DNA of 64,000 nucleotides from positions 10,039,812 through 10,103,811 of the forward strand of contig NC_092675.1 in NCBI RefSeq assembly GCF_964355755.1, in the 5' to 3' direction. The notes under the pieces are model-generated. The model saw only the letters and a list, made by a program, of their open reading frames with translations. It made no database searches and was not told the DNA's origin. This DNA comes from Antedon mediterranea. Lineage: Eukaryota; Animalia; Echinodermata. This document shows positions 24,276 to 35,365 of this stretch, piece by piece. Made by a program: the position numbers and the translations under genes. The stretch's first letter is position 1, and the number at the start of each line of letters is the position of its first letter.

Positions 24276-25241
24276 ATGGTCGACGTTGTTGATAACGAAG
24301 TAATTTTAAATGAGCCCGTCAATCCTCACCCCGTGCCCCACCTAAGACAAACCGATTTCCTTCCCAAAAGATATGACGGTTCCATAACCGATCACGACCA
24401 ATGTAGTGCACATTACTTATCGTTTACCGACTACCTTGAGGCCCACACGTTAGAAAACCCTGTAAACAATGCCCAATTAATTAATGTAATAAGTATTTTT
24501 AAACGTAGCCTTCAGGGCCAAGCTAGACTCTGGATTGAGGGAAAGCAGTTCGATTCACTAGAATCCTTAAAAACCCAATTCATCAACAGGTTTAGTAAAA
24601 ACAAATCAATCTATGCGCACATAAGAGAATACGATTCAATTACATACACCACTGGCGACAACGCCGAAAAGCACTTAACCAAAATCAAACAAGCCGCAGA
24701 CAGAATTGGATACGCTGACCAGCAGATAAAGAATAAATTTATTTCGACCCTTCCACCAAAATGTAGAGCAGCTGTAGCCATGTCCACCCCAATCGATGCC
24801 ACTATTGAAAATATTGTAAATAGCACACAAAATTACCTTGACCTTTCCGTAGATGATGCCACACGGGAAGTTTCATTCAATATCAATAAGGAAACAGATA
24901 GGCCTAATAGTCTCGAATCGCTCCAACATGAGATAAATTCTCTCAAGTTAGACATGGCCACAACAAAACGATCCCTTAATGATGATACTCGACGCTCACG
25001 TTCCCCCACCCGAAATTATATCCCAAGACGAAACCGAAGCCCAAGCCCATACAAACCCCGATTCCAGACCCCACCGACCCCAAGATATAGACAACCTCCC
25101 CCAACCTGTTATTACTGCGGGAAACCAGGCCACATAGCAAGGCACTGCCGACAACAAAACCGCTCTTACGGAAACTATCCCCCGCCATACCCATACCAAC
25201 AGTCAAACAATTACTACCCTAGCCACCAGCAGGATTTTTAA
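24276..25241 (+). CDS. gag: Gag (capsid-like region plus CCHC zinc knuckle), 321 aa
   Basis: SLQGQARLWI...LKTQFINRF capsid-like segment, RS/P-rich basic region, CYYCGKPGHIARHC knuckle. Confidence 0.95.
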   Translation: MVDVVDNEVILNEPVNPHPVPHLRQTDFLPKRYDGSITDHDQCSAHYLSFTDYLEAHTLENPVNNAQLINVISIFKRSLQGQARLWIEGKQFDSLESLKTQFINRFSKNKSIYAHIREYDSITYTTGDNAEKHLTKIKQAADRIGYADQQIKNKFISTLPPKCRAAVAMSTPIDATIENIVNSTQNYLDLSVDDATREVSFNINKETDRPNSLESLQHEINSLKLDMATTKRSLNDDTRRSRSPTRNYIPRRNRSPSPYKPRFQTPPTPRYRQPPPTCYYCGKPGHIARHCRQQNRSYGNYPPPYPYQQSNNYYPSHQQDF

Positions 25242-25276
25242 AAAGGGGACTAGATGCCGCCTATAATCTGGCCCCC
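25232..25276 (+). promoter_or_regulatory. Putative -1 ribosomal frameshift signal
   Basis: G_GAT_TTT immediately before the gag TAA, a 6-7 nt spacer, then a hairpin GGGGACTAGAT / ATCTGGCCCC. Confidence 0.8.
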
Positions 25277-28200
25277 CATACTAAATACGACAATTTTAAG
25301 GCAAAATACTTAGGGAATTCAGATAATATTGATTTGTTACTTAACGACAGAAATTACGTTAAAGGAAATTTACCAGATGGTAGAAATGTTTTAACTTTAT
25401 TTGACAGTGGTTCAACTAGAACTATAATCTCACAATCGTACGTTAATTCCTCACTTTATTTATCGCGTTTAAAGCCAGTTAAAGTGAACACAACCAAATT
25501 TCGATTAGGTAACGGTGACTTCTTATATGCCAACCACTTAGTGCAATTTGAATTATTTATCCAAGGACACAAATTTAAAATTTCAGCATTAATCGTTAAA
25601 AATTTGACAGGTATTGACCTGATACTTGGAACCGAAACATTGTCTGAACTCGACGGTACTTTAAATTTTAAGGAAAACACATTTCGCATTAGACCAAAGA
25701 TTTTTAGCTTTCGTCCTGTCCACAAGATTTTTCTTAAACCCGGTGATACTAAAACAGTTAAATTAAAAGGAAGGGTTCCCGCCTTTGTACGCAATTCCGA
25801 TGTTGTTCTACATGCAACCACCCATATTTCAAAACTTTGTCCATCAGACATGTTAGTAAAATTACACAGAGGAGAAACCAACATTGATATCACTAACAAC
25901 ACAAACAGAAACGTATCTCTAAATACACATCAACCTATCGCGAGCCTTCACTTAACCAACCTTGTAACAGTTACTAATGACCTACCAATTGACAGAATAA
26001 AGTTGACCAATGACAACGCAAACAAGTACCCACATTTAGAACGTACAGACCCATTGCTAACTTTAACCGAGGAAGAAATAATTAGAAAACAAGTTGATTT
26101 AACAGACAGCGTTTTAACACATAGAGAAAAAGAAGATTTGTATAAAACCTTACAACAAAACAGAAACGCATTTTCACTTTATGGTGAACTATCTAGCTGC
26201 CCAAACTTCAAAGCCGACATACACCTCTCTAACGATGAACCATTTTTTATTCGCCCATACTTCGCGACAGACAAAGACAAAAATGTTATTGAGGCCGAAT
26301 TGAACAAATTAGTCAAATTAGGAATCTTAGCAGTAGGACACCAATCGTATACTTCCCCTGTCCTTCTTGTTTCAAAGAAAAATTCAAAAGATAAAAGAGT
26401 TGTCACAGACTTCCGCTATCTCAATTCCAGGATAAAACGTATTAATCACCCATTCCCATTATTGGCCGAAACTTTGAAAACAATAGGTAACGCTAATGCA
26501 CAGATTCTTAGCGTAATTGATTTGAAATCAGCGTTCCACTGTGTACCATTAGCCGAACATGCCCAACAATATACAGGTATAGCTTCATATCATGGTGGAA
26601 AGCATTATTATTATAAGAGATTAGCACAAGGATTAAACGTTTCGCCAGGTATATTTCAAGCAAAGATTGACGAAATTTTAAATGAAATCCCAAATTCTAG
26701 AGAATTCTGTATCGCCCATCATGATGATATTATTTTATTTAGCCAAGACAAATTTGCTCATAAGCAGCACCTCGTTTCCGTTTTACAAGCCCTACAATTA
26801 AATGGTTTTAGAATTTGTCCAAAGAAATGTAAGTTATTCAAGAATAAAGTGCAATATATGGGACACACCATCCTGATTAATTCTTCAGGACACGCATGTA
26901 TCACACCATTAGGCGACAGGTGTGCAGCTATCCGAAATTTGCCAGTCCCACGAACCCATAAAGAAACTAAACGATTTATTGGTGCAGTAAATTATGTATC
27001 CCATTTTTTCCCTCAAATACAATCAATTTTACGTCCGTTACACACACTCGCAAGCAAACGCCGAAAATTTTGTTGGTCTACTGAACACCAGAAAGCATTT
27101 GACGAAATTAAACAATTAATGGTTAAACCACCAACTCTTCAAATGCCTAGAAAAGAAGGTAGATTTACGCTATATAGCGACACTTCAAGAACCGCAACAG
27201 GTTCATATTTAACACAAACAGTAAACGGTAAAGAACACATAATAGGTTATTATTCCAAAATCTTACCACAAGCCTGTCAACGATATAGCGTCACAGAATT
27301 AGAGTTATTTGGACTTTACATTAACGTTTCAGCATTTCGACATTTACTAAAGGGTTGCGAATTTGATGCATTCGTAGACCACTCAGCAATTGTACAAATT
27401 TGGAATTCAAAAGATCAGCCATGTACACCCCGTTTACAGAAACTAATATTACGATTGTCCGGATACATTTTCCAAATTGGTTATAAGAAAGGAACTGAAT
27501 TAGTTTTAGCAGATTTCCTCTCCCGAGCCCCTCGTGATGACGATTCCGAAATTGATCAAGTTGTACCCATTGCTTTTAATATTACAGAGACTGAATCTCT
27601 TAACCCGATTACAAACACATCTACTTGCAGACCAGTAACAAGGTCATACGCCAAGAAAATGGGAATAAATATACCTGACCTACATAAACCCAAACCAGTA
27701 CAAACGCCCGTCATTAATCAAAACCCAGTGACAACAAACACGCGACCTACACCTCAACCTTCCACTACACCACAGATAATCACGAGACAACAAACAAACG
27801 CACATCGATCACCGCCTATCATAACGCCACCTATCGTAACACCACCCCCAATACGTAATGTAAACATTCGACAACCTCCAGAGGAACGACTAGTAGACAA
27901 AAACAAGCAAAGCAAAGATATTACACATCGAAACGTACCAGTTGAATTGTATACATCGCCCAAACCACTAGTACCCAACATAACTGAATTTAAGTCAGCA
28001 CACATCCCAAAACAACAAGACTTAGATAGATTAATGGATGTTATTCAAAGAAAGATAATTAGAGATTATAACCTCCCAGTAGACGTTAAACAATTACGTG
28101 TTGAACAAGAAACTTCACCATTTTTTAAGCCAGTTTACGATTATTTAGTTCATGATATCCTTCCAGCTGATAAGAAAGCAGCTCGTGCAGTTCAGAATAA

Positions 28201-29947
28201 GTCAGAGCAGTACATATTGTGCAACGGTTTACTATTCCGTTTATTTTTCCAAGATAAAGGTGGAGAATTTGTATTGCAATTAGCTGTTCCTGAAAACTTA
28301 GCAGAGACTGTTATTTCTCAGTATCACGACAATTTGTTAAGTAGCCACCAAGGTACGATGCGTACTTACCTTACTATTAGGAAATTATTTTACATGCCTC
28401 TTATGTTCGAGAAAGTCAACAATTATACCCAAGCGTGTCTTAGATGTCAACAATTTCGTCCCAAAACCGATAAATTACGTCCTTTACACGATCGAGTACC
28501 AGCAACTTACCGTCCCTTTCATACACTCAGTCTAGATTTTAAGAGTATGCCAACTTCACCTTCAGGTTTTAAACATATTATGGTAGTATGTGATGAGATA
28601 ACTAGATTTTTGATTTGTGTACCTTTGAAATCCATTGATGCCGAAACAATTTGTGAAGCACTAATTCAAAAGGTCATCAGTATTTTTGGACCCCCATCTC
28701 GTCTTATTTCAGATGCAGCAACCTCCCTTACAGGAAAATTATTAACACTATTATGTAACACCCTTAATATTGATAGGAAAATCATCAGCGTCCACAATCA
28801 CGGTAGTTTACAAGTTGAACGTCATATCCGCACCGTATCGGACCTGTTAAAGGTCAACCTTAACCAATTCGGAACAGATTGGGTTAGATTTGTATCAACA
28901 ACATGTTATGCTTATAATTCTTTCTCATCCCCACATCTAGGAAACCATTCCCCTTACGAATTAGTTTTTGGCCGCCAACCTCCAAGTTTGACCTCATTAG
29001 CATTTAACCCTATTTCAGGATTGTCTCATTCCTATGAAGAATACTTTGAACATCTCAAGAAGAAATTTCAAAACATTTCACAGACAATGCTACAATTACA
29101 GCGAACACAACAAAGCGTCCAAAACTCAAAGATTTCCCAACGCTTAGAAAAAAGTCCAATTTACTCAGTAGGACAACTCGTATATTTATACAAGCCAACA
29201 TCATCATCACTAACGGCAAATTCAAAGAAAATCGCCGCAGAATGGGTCGGACCATTAGTGATTCATGAAGTACTAGACAGAACACACTACATCCTAGCGA
29301 CGATTAAAGGAGAAATACTTCGCGACGTATTCAATTATAACAGACTGAAACCCTGTTTTATGAGAACGCCTAAAGAACGCAAAAATTTTACACATCTCCA
29401 AAAACTTAAACAATTGTTGAATGAACCAACTGATGATAATAACGAGAAAATCCAAAACACCATTAATGTAGTAAATGACGAAATCAATGTTGAATTTGTA
29501 GACGAACATGATAGGACACCCACCCAATTGCAATCAGATACCCTTACACATCCAACTAAGATAGAACCCCTTAACTTGCAACCTTACATTGACTGTGTAG
29601 AGAACAACATGGGATTAGCAGCCCCATTCCAAATGAAAGAAGAACAAATAAAGGAACAAACTAATCTAATTATGACAGCACCTAATGATTCAAATATGAC
29701 ATTAAACCGAGGTAGATTTAAAGCAGGACATTTCCAAGTTTTAGTTTCGTATTCTAAACCGACTTCAGCCAAACGCAACACTGATAAAACAAAACACGAA
29801 TCTAATGACCGCAAATTTTGGTGGAATATTGACAGATATAACGATACAGATAAATTAATTAAAGAGATCATTAATGATAAACATATACCGATAAGTGGAT
29901 CGCCAAAACGATTCATAAAACGTTTGTATAATGCAACGAATTACTGA
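25238..29947 (+). CDS. pol: Pol (protease, RT, RNase H, integrase), -1 frame relative to gag, uninterrupted
   Basis: PR LFDSGS. RT SPVLLV.K, DFR.LN, IDLKSAFH, QGL..SP, HHDD. RNase H YSDTS, ELE, DH, ADFLSR. Integrase HHCC, D-D-E (SLDF, SDAA, VER) and WVGPL. The frame is open from the gag-end slippery site, so the TTG start in the ORF track is probably not used. Confidence 0.97.
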   Translation, partial: LKRGLDAAYNLAPHTKYDNFKAKYLGNSDNIDLLLNDRNYVKGNLPDGRNVLTLFDSGSTRTIISQSYVNSSLYLSRLKPVKVNTTKFRLGNGDFLYANHLVQFELFIQGHKFKISALIVKNLTGIDLILGTETLSELDGTLNFKENTFRIRPKIFSFRPVHKIFLKPGDTKTVKLKGRVPAFVRNSDVVLHATTHISKLCPSDMLVKLHRGETNIDITNNTNRNVSLNTHQPIASLHLTNLVTVTNDLPIDRIKLTNDNANKYPHLERTDPLLTLTEEEIIRKQVDLTDSVLTHREKEDLYKTLQQNRNAFSLYGELSSCPNFKADIHLSNDEPFFIRPYFATDKDKNVIEAELNKLVKLGILAVGHQSYTSPVLLVSKKNSKDKRVVTDFRYLNSRIKRINHPFPLLAETLKTIGNANAQILSVIDLKSAFHCVPLAEHAQQYTGIASYHGGKHYYYKRLAQGLNVSPGIFQAKIDEILNEIPNSREFCIAHHDDIILFSQDKFAHKQHLVSVLQALQLNGFRICPKKCKLFKNKVQYMGHTILINSSGHACITPLGDRCAAIRNLPVPRTHKETKRFIGAVNYVSHFFPQIQSILRPLHTLASKRRKFCWSTEHQKAFDEIKQLMVKPPTLQMPRKEGRFTLYSDTSRTATGSYLTQTVNGKEHIIGYYSKILPQACQRYSVTELELFGLYINVSAFRHLLKGCEFDAFVDHSAIVQIWNSKDQPCTPRLQKLILRLSGYIFQIGYKKGTELVLADFLSRAPRDDDSEIDQVVPIAFNITETESLNPITNTSTCRPVTRSYAKKMGINIPDLHKPKPVQTPVINQNPVTTNTRPTPQPSTTPQIITRQQTNAHRSPPIITPPIVTPPPIRNVNIRQPPEERLVDKNKQSKDITHRNVPVELYTSPKPLVPNITEFKSAHIPKQQDLDRLMDVIQRKIIRDYNLPVDVKQLRVEQETSPFFKPVYDYLVHDILPADKKAARAVQNKSEQYILCNGLLFRLFFQDKGGEFVLQLAVPENLAETVISQYHDNLLSSHQGTMRTYLTIRKLFYMPLMFEKVNNYTQACLRCQQFRPKTDKLRPLHDRVPATYRPFHTLSLDFKSMPTSPSGFKHIMVVCDEITRFLICVPLKSIDAETICEALIQKVISIFGPPSRLISDAATSLTGKLLTLLCNTLNIDRKIISVHNHGSLQVERHIRTVSDLLKVNLNQFGTDWVRFVSTTCYAYNSFSSPHLGNHSPYELVFGRQPPSLTSLAFNPISGLSHSYEEYFEHLKKKFQNISQTMLQLQRTQQSVQNSKISQRLEKSPIYSVGQLVYLYKPTSSSLTANSKKIAAEWVGPLVIHEVLDRTHYILATIKGEILRDVFNYNRLKPCFMRTPKERKNFTHLQKLKQLLNEPTDDNNEKIQNTINVVNDEINVEFVDEHDRTPTQLQSDTLTHPTKIEPLNLQPYIDCVENNMGLAAPFQMKEEQIKEQTNLIMTAPNDSNMTLNRGRFKAGHFQVLVSYSKPTSAKRNTDKTKHESNDRKFWWNIDRYNDTDKLIKEIINDKHIPISGSPKRFIKRLYNATNY

Positions 29948-30843
29948 TTTAATTTTTTTTGCAAGATTATTTTTAAATTACGACATTTGCTAAATTAATG
30001 ATAGCATAGTCTACGTATTTTTGATGAGATTTGTTTAATAATGATGTGATTTCAGTTAAAAGAGAATTGAATTTATGTTTAAGTATTGATTTTGTAACGA
30101 GTTTTTTGATAATGATTAATTTTGAATTTTGAATGATCGATATATTGAGATATTGAAAAGAACGACAATCATTTTGTAACAAATATTTTGTTGAACCTTT
30201 GAGTCGTTAATCTCAAGCATTAATTAATTGATATACAAGAACAGGAGATTTTCTTAGTACTTTTAATTGTAATTTTGTTGACATTGAGTACAAAAGTCGA
30301 ATTTGTCGATTGATTGAAATCGTAATTACCTAACACACATTTGTTTCTTTTAAAGTTTTAAGTGATTAAGTTTGATATTTGATTTTAGGCTAATCAGCCA
30401 CAGTTTCTTGAATTTTACGTTTTGATTTGATTGATTTATATTTGAAGGCCATTAGAACGCGATAAGTTGTCGCGCTATTTGATATATATTCATTGTACAT
30501 ATTCTCTAAGTTCTTTAAATTTGACCAATTGACGTTTGATTAACGCTCGAGGGAGGAGTAGAGCCAATTACGAGCTATATATATAAACAACCGGATGGGC
30601 AGACTATAAATAAGTCGCACGAGCGTATCAAATATACAGTATTTACTGTCGAATTATAAGTTAATTTACTTTTGTGAGATTGTTATAATAGTTGAACTTG
30701 AAATTTTATTGTTTGAGTTTTATATCGTTTATTTAGTTTAATATTGTTTATTTTAAATACATTTTAATTTTATTTATCTTAATTTTAGTCAATTCCAAAT
30801 TTCCCCCTAAAATGGAATCCGAAAAGCTTGACGTTACACAGTT

Positions 30844-31686
30844 ATGCTTAAAACACAAAATTCAAATGACGCCCCTGTCCACGGAATGTGCCCTTATAAA
30901 GAAGATAATCCTTTACCAAAGCAAACAAAACGTAATTCTCCATATTACCAAAATGATGCCATTTACTTTAGATTCCTTGAAAAGAGTTTTATTATTCCTT
31001 TGCGACATCCGTCCAGCAGACCAACTGACAAACCTCAAATTAAATACCCTTTTACACATTGGCAGTTATTTATGTTGTTTCGACAAAATGTCCTCCCCAT
31101 TATAGACTACATTTGGAAGCATAAGAGTGAACCAGCCCTACTTGACTTTTCCACAATCGACCTTTCCATTAATCTAGACGGCATCGCCACTTGTATACCA
31201 AACACACATGCATTTCACAGACAACATATTTATTCTATGACCCTCCTGCTCTTAGCAATTACAAAAGACATCAAAGCCCCACAATGCACAACATTTTTTT
31301 CAAGAGTCCGACAACAAACAGGCATCATACCCCAAGACGAATTAAAACCTAGCGAACACTCACCATTTGGATATGTTGTAACTAAATATAAGAAAAAACT
31401 ATATTCGCACATTCGTAACATGCAGTACCTGGAAAATAAATACAAAGATACCCCCTGCCAAATTTGTCAATGTAACCCCGAAATTAAAAACTTTCATACT
31501 GATTGTACAATCAACAAATGCTGCGGAACATTGTTTCACAAAAATTGCCAACAAATAAACAAGAAATACCAATGCTTGAATTGCGGTATGGTATATTTGA
31601 ATGAGATGCCTTACACTGCTACCTACATATTGGACGACGGCACACTGTGGACTACATCCCATTATTATCGATTAATATATGATTGA
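30844..31686 (+). CDS. Gypsy extra ORF3, 280 aa, with a C-terminal RING/PHD-like zinc finger
   Basis: Intact ORF between pol and the 3' LTR. CQIC-x17-CCGTLFHKNC-x8-CLNC (C4HC3-like). No evident signal peptide or TM anchor. Start codon uncertain. Confidence 0.8.
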   Translation: MLKTQNSNDAPVHGMCPYKEDNPLPKQTKRNSPYYQNDAIYFRFLEKSFIIPLRHPSSRPTDKPQIKYPFTHWQLFMLFRQNVLPIIDYIWKHKSEPALLDFSTIDLSINLDGIATCIPNTHAFHRQHIYSMTLLLLAITKDIKAPQCTTFFSRVRQQTGIIPQDELKPSEHSPFGYVVTKYKKKLYSHIRNMQYLENKYKDTPCQICQCNPEIKNFHTDCTINKCCGTLFHKNCQQINKKYQCLNCGMVYLNEMPYTATYILDDGTLWTTSHYYRLIYD

Positions 31687-32112
31687 TTTCAATTTATCCT
31701 TTAAAAATTTTTTTTTCTATTTCAAATAATTAACGAGAGTCGACTTCTTGACCGATGTTTTTTAGGGAAACCCAACCGTTGTGATGTTTATATTTCGGTA
31801 ATCCGAGTGTAGCATGCCTCCAAAGCAACGGACCCACAATTATGTCGATCTTGAAGAACACTTTTGTTTTTTTTTATATACATTTTTTGTTTCAAATTTT
31901 ATATAAATTCCGGAATTTTATACCAAATTCATTTTTAATTTCATTTTTTTAAGAGAGAGAAGAGAGAGAGTGAAAGTGATAAGGTTACACTTCAGAGTCA
32001 ATGGTTTTGGCTAACTCAATTTTGCATATATGTATAATAATGTTTTTTTCTTTTATATAACTTTAATTTTGCATGCCACTATTATAACCATTTTTATATG
32101 TTAAATAGATTA

Positions 32113-32138
32113 GAAAAAAAAAAAGGGAAACAGAGGGA
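32113..32138 (+). other. Polypurine tract
   Basis: GAAAAAAAAAAAGGGAAACAGAGGGA abuts the TG start of the 3' LTR. Confidence 0.85.
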
Positions 32139-32735
32139 TGTGATATAAAGATATACTTTTATATTTAAGAAATTGACCTTTGTATCGGAATTTAAATAGG
32201 TTCACAAACTTGACCCAGAAAGTCCGAAGGAGAGTTTGTCCAGATGTTTTAATGACCATTTAGTTTATAATAGAATCCCTAAAGAAAACACTTAGCTTAA
32301 CTTTGCGACCGTTCCCATCGTAAAACAATTAGATTCTGACAGTTTTAAGCAGAGATTTGACAGGGCCAATTCATCATTGTAACCTCCCCAGATAAGATCA
32401 ATCACTCCCACTTAAACACCCGTGGATCAACTTAGGACCAATCGTTACCCTCACAGATGATGTAATGACATTATGCAAATGAACTGAGCCAATATACTCC
32501 CAAGTTTCAGAAGGGCCCAGACACACCTTACAGCCACCTCACGGAGCACACACCTCACAGCAGACCTACACACTTCACACCTCACTGACAGCATCATTGA
32601 TTGTCCGTTCCTTATCTATACTTATAGTTGTATATTGTACTGAAGTATTATACTGAATAAATAATATATGCGTTACGACAGTCAAGCGAGTCAGAGTCTT
32701 TCATTAGTACCTCAACAACCCAACATTATATTACA
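32139..32735 (+). repeat. 3' LTR (597 bp)
   Basis: TG...CA ends, matches the rejoined 5' LTR, contains CCAAT, ATGCAAAT and AATAAA. Confidence 0.97.
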
Positions 32736-33459
32736 TTAATTTACATGCCTAAATAACCCACATTTGGATGGTTTCCATAGGTTGAATCGCAAATAATTTG
32801 ACCAATCCGAATCGATAGATTGAATGTTGCTTGTGATTGGTCAAATTCCTACTGTTTTTCATCTATTAGAAACCATCATGGTTATAGAATATAGAGCCTA
32901 CAATATAAACAAGAAATATTTCTTACAAAAAACGCCGCATAACTTTTTGACTGGACAGTTGTAAGAACAGTCTTCATTAATCTAATATAATAGGTCGGCC
33001 AATCAAAACGCAAGTGAACAATTGGGACTTTACTTGTGATTTATGTCATTGGCCTGTCAGCACAGTCGTTTCTTTCTACTGTAGAATTAAACGCACAAAT
33101 TTGTATTGGGAATAATGTATGTGGTTATTACTATCGCATTTAGGTATTGATAATAATAATAATATGGCTTTTGAATATATAATTACTGTCTGTAGAATAA
33201 CATTTATACATTTTCGGTTCGCGATGAAAAGTTATATGAATGGATTTGTAATAGGTATTTATAATAATAGTATATGGGTTGTATTATTGCTAAGCTATCA
33301 CCAAATCGCGTTATAACATTATTTCTCAGGGTTTTTTGCACCATTGATCAATACCAAACGCGTATCGGTATTATAGTTTTTAATGAATCATTACATTAAT
33401 AAAAATACCCAATTAAATCAATCGCGTCAGTCCAATTCCGACTTATGTTTCGATCACAT

Positions 33460-33613
33460 AGTTCTGTGTCTACACTGTCCCAACTAGTTTAACAAAAAAA
33501 GTGTGATGTGCCCAAATATGGTAGTGATATGCCCGATTATCGTAGTGATATGACATTGTCATGTCTATATAATATGGGCACATCATATTTAGTTTGATAG
33601 TATAGACAGAGCT
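33460..33613. mobile_element. Degenerate MITE, probably PIF/Harbinger
   Basis: Imperfect TIRs AGTTCTGTGTCTACACT..AACTA / TAGTTTGATAGTATAGACAGAGCT and inner TGATGTGCCC / GGGCACATCA. Confidence 0.6.
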
Positions 33614-33639
33614 TAAGGATTATATTTAAAAAATGTTTT

Positions 33640-34615
33640 CTTACATTTTGAACGGAAGTATTTATTTGTTTATAAGCCCAATTTTCCAGTCTTAATTTTA
33701 CATTTTGAAAAAAAGTATTTATTTGTTTATAAGCCCAATTTTCCAGTCTTAATTTTACATTTTGAAAAAAAGTATTTTATTTGTTGATAAGCCCAATTGT
33801 GCAGTCTTATTTTACATTTTGAACGAAAGTATTTATTTGTTGATAAGCCCAATTTTGCAGTCTTATTTTACATTTTAAACGAAAGTATTTATTTGTTGAT
33901 AAGCCGAATTTTCCAGTTTAATAATAATGACCCCTTCCACAGTGCTTATACCATATACATTTTACATGATATTGACCGTGGGTTCTTTACGCCTCTGATG
34001 CATTTGTTTTTATTGTACCTTTTTAATAAATTATTATATGTTTAGGCCTAATCACACCCAATTTAATGAAACGGTCAGATTCCGATTTCAATTGAACGAA
34101 AGTAGTACTTTATTTATTATTCATTGATAAGCCAAGGGTCCCATGGCGTTAGCCAATATCTTGAGCATTTGACTCTTGTGTCAACCTGTAACACAAATCA
34201 TTCTTCAAAATCTAAAGAAAGAACCTCACACGTCTTTTTTGTGAGCGATACACTGGATATGCCCACGGAAATAATATGTGGACATTGCAAACAATCATAG
34301 GCCTACAGTAACAAACATAACATGGCTAATAAGCATAACATTCAGACTTGCTTGTTTTCTAGTGGATTTTTATTTACTTTAGCATGTAGAATAAAACTAG
34401 TAACAGTGGCTATATTAATAATTATACTGATTATCCTTGATGTTATCGCGTCTAATAATAACATATTTTGTTGTTGATAAGCCCAATTTTTCAGCCTTGA
34501 TTTTACATTTTGAACGAAAGTATTTATTTGTTGATAAGTCCAATTTTGCAGTCTTAATAATGACCCTTCCACAGTGCATTTTACATGATATTGACCGAGG
34601 GTTTTTACGCCTCTA
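33640..34615. repeat. ~58-bp minisatellite in two blocks (about 33640-33918 and 34468-34555) sharing a ~70-bp tail
   Basis: Unit TTTTACATTTTGAACGAAAGTATTTATTTGTTGATAAGCCCAATTTTGCAGTCTTA. Tail TAATAATGACCC.TTCCACAGTGC...ACATGATATTGACCG occurs twice. Confidence 0.85.
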
Positions 34616-35002
34616 TAGGCACTGATCAATACCATAATTAATGTACTTTTTTAAATGAATATTGAAATGTTTCAACACTCCCAGATTTCCTCATCTTTAT
34701 CGTTTCAAAAATTAATTAAATAATTTTCAGTGTATCACCGGGCGGTTTGGAATTTATTTCTATGCCTGTTGTGTTTATATATATAATATTAAGTATAATT
34801 ATGAATTCACCAACACTTTCAGGCCCGGGGCCGAGTTTGTGTAGACCAGACTTCCATGCACAGCCACATGTTAAGGAATATGAATCTCTTTATGATTTTA
34901 ATATGGTTCGAAATGATATTACACAACAACGATTAGACAGCAACTGTGCAAGAGTCAAACTAATAAAATCGGAATGATCAATTAATTGAACATTTACAGC
35001 AT

Positions 35003-35365
35003 AAGGCCCATACACTAGGACGATAACGATCGACGATAAATAGACAAATGTGCATTTTTAATACATAAACCAAAAGAAATATAAACAATTCCTTTGATGA
35101 AAATTATATTTTCACACGTCCAATCAAATGACGTCATGATTAGTAAGACCAATAATATCGTGACAATACAGCGATTTTATTGTTTTTATTTATCATGACG
35201 TCATTTGATTGAAATTTGAAAAACATTATTTTTATCAAAGACAGCATAAATGATTATCCTATAGGTCTAGAACGAAAACCTTTCTAATTTCTTTTGGTTT
35301 ATGTAAAAAAAATGCATGCTATATATTTATCGTCTGTCGTTATCGTCATAGTGTAATTGGGCCTT
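35003..35365. mobile_element. Nearly palindromic MITE (Harbinger-like)
   Basis: AAGGCCCATACACTAGGACGATAACGA..GACGATAAAT / ATTTATCGTC..TCGTTATCGTCATAGTGTAATTGGGCCTT, with inner pairs ATAAACCAAAAGAAAT and TCAAATGACGTCATGAT. TSD ambiguous. Confidence 0.8.

Larger units (their letters stand above)
11893..32735 (+). mobile_element. Full-length Ty3/Gypsy LTR retrotransposon with its 5' LTR interrupted by an 11-kb insertion
   Basis: LTRs TG...CA: the 5' LTR is 11893-11996 plus 23062-23557, the 3' LTR is 32139-32735 (597 bp). TTAA TSD at 11889-11892 and 32736-32739. PBS, gag, pol in PR-RT-RH-IN order and PPT are present. Confidence 0.97.

Noticed and set aside
24611-29916. Minus-strand ORFs over gag and pol
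   Set aside because: Antisense shadows of A/C-rich coding sequence with no recognisable motifs.
30844-31686. Envelope gene
   Set aside because: No signal peptide, furin site with fusion peptide, or C-terminal TM helix is apparent.
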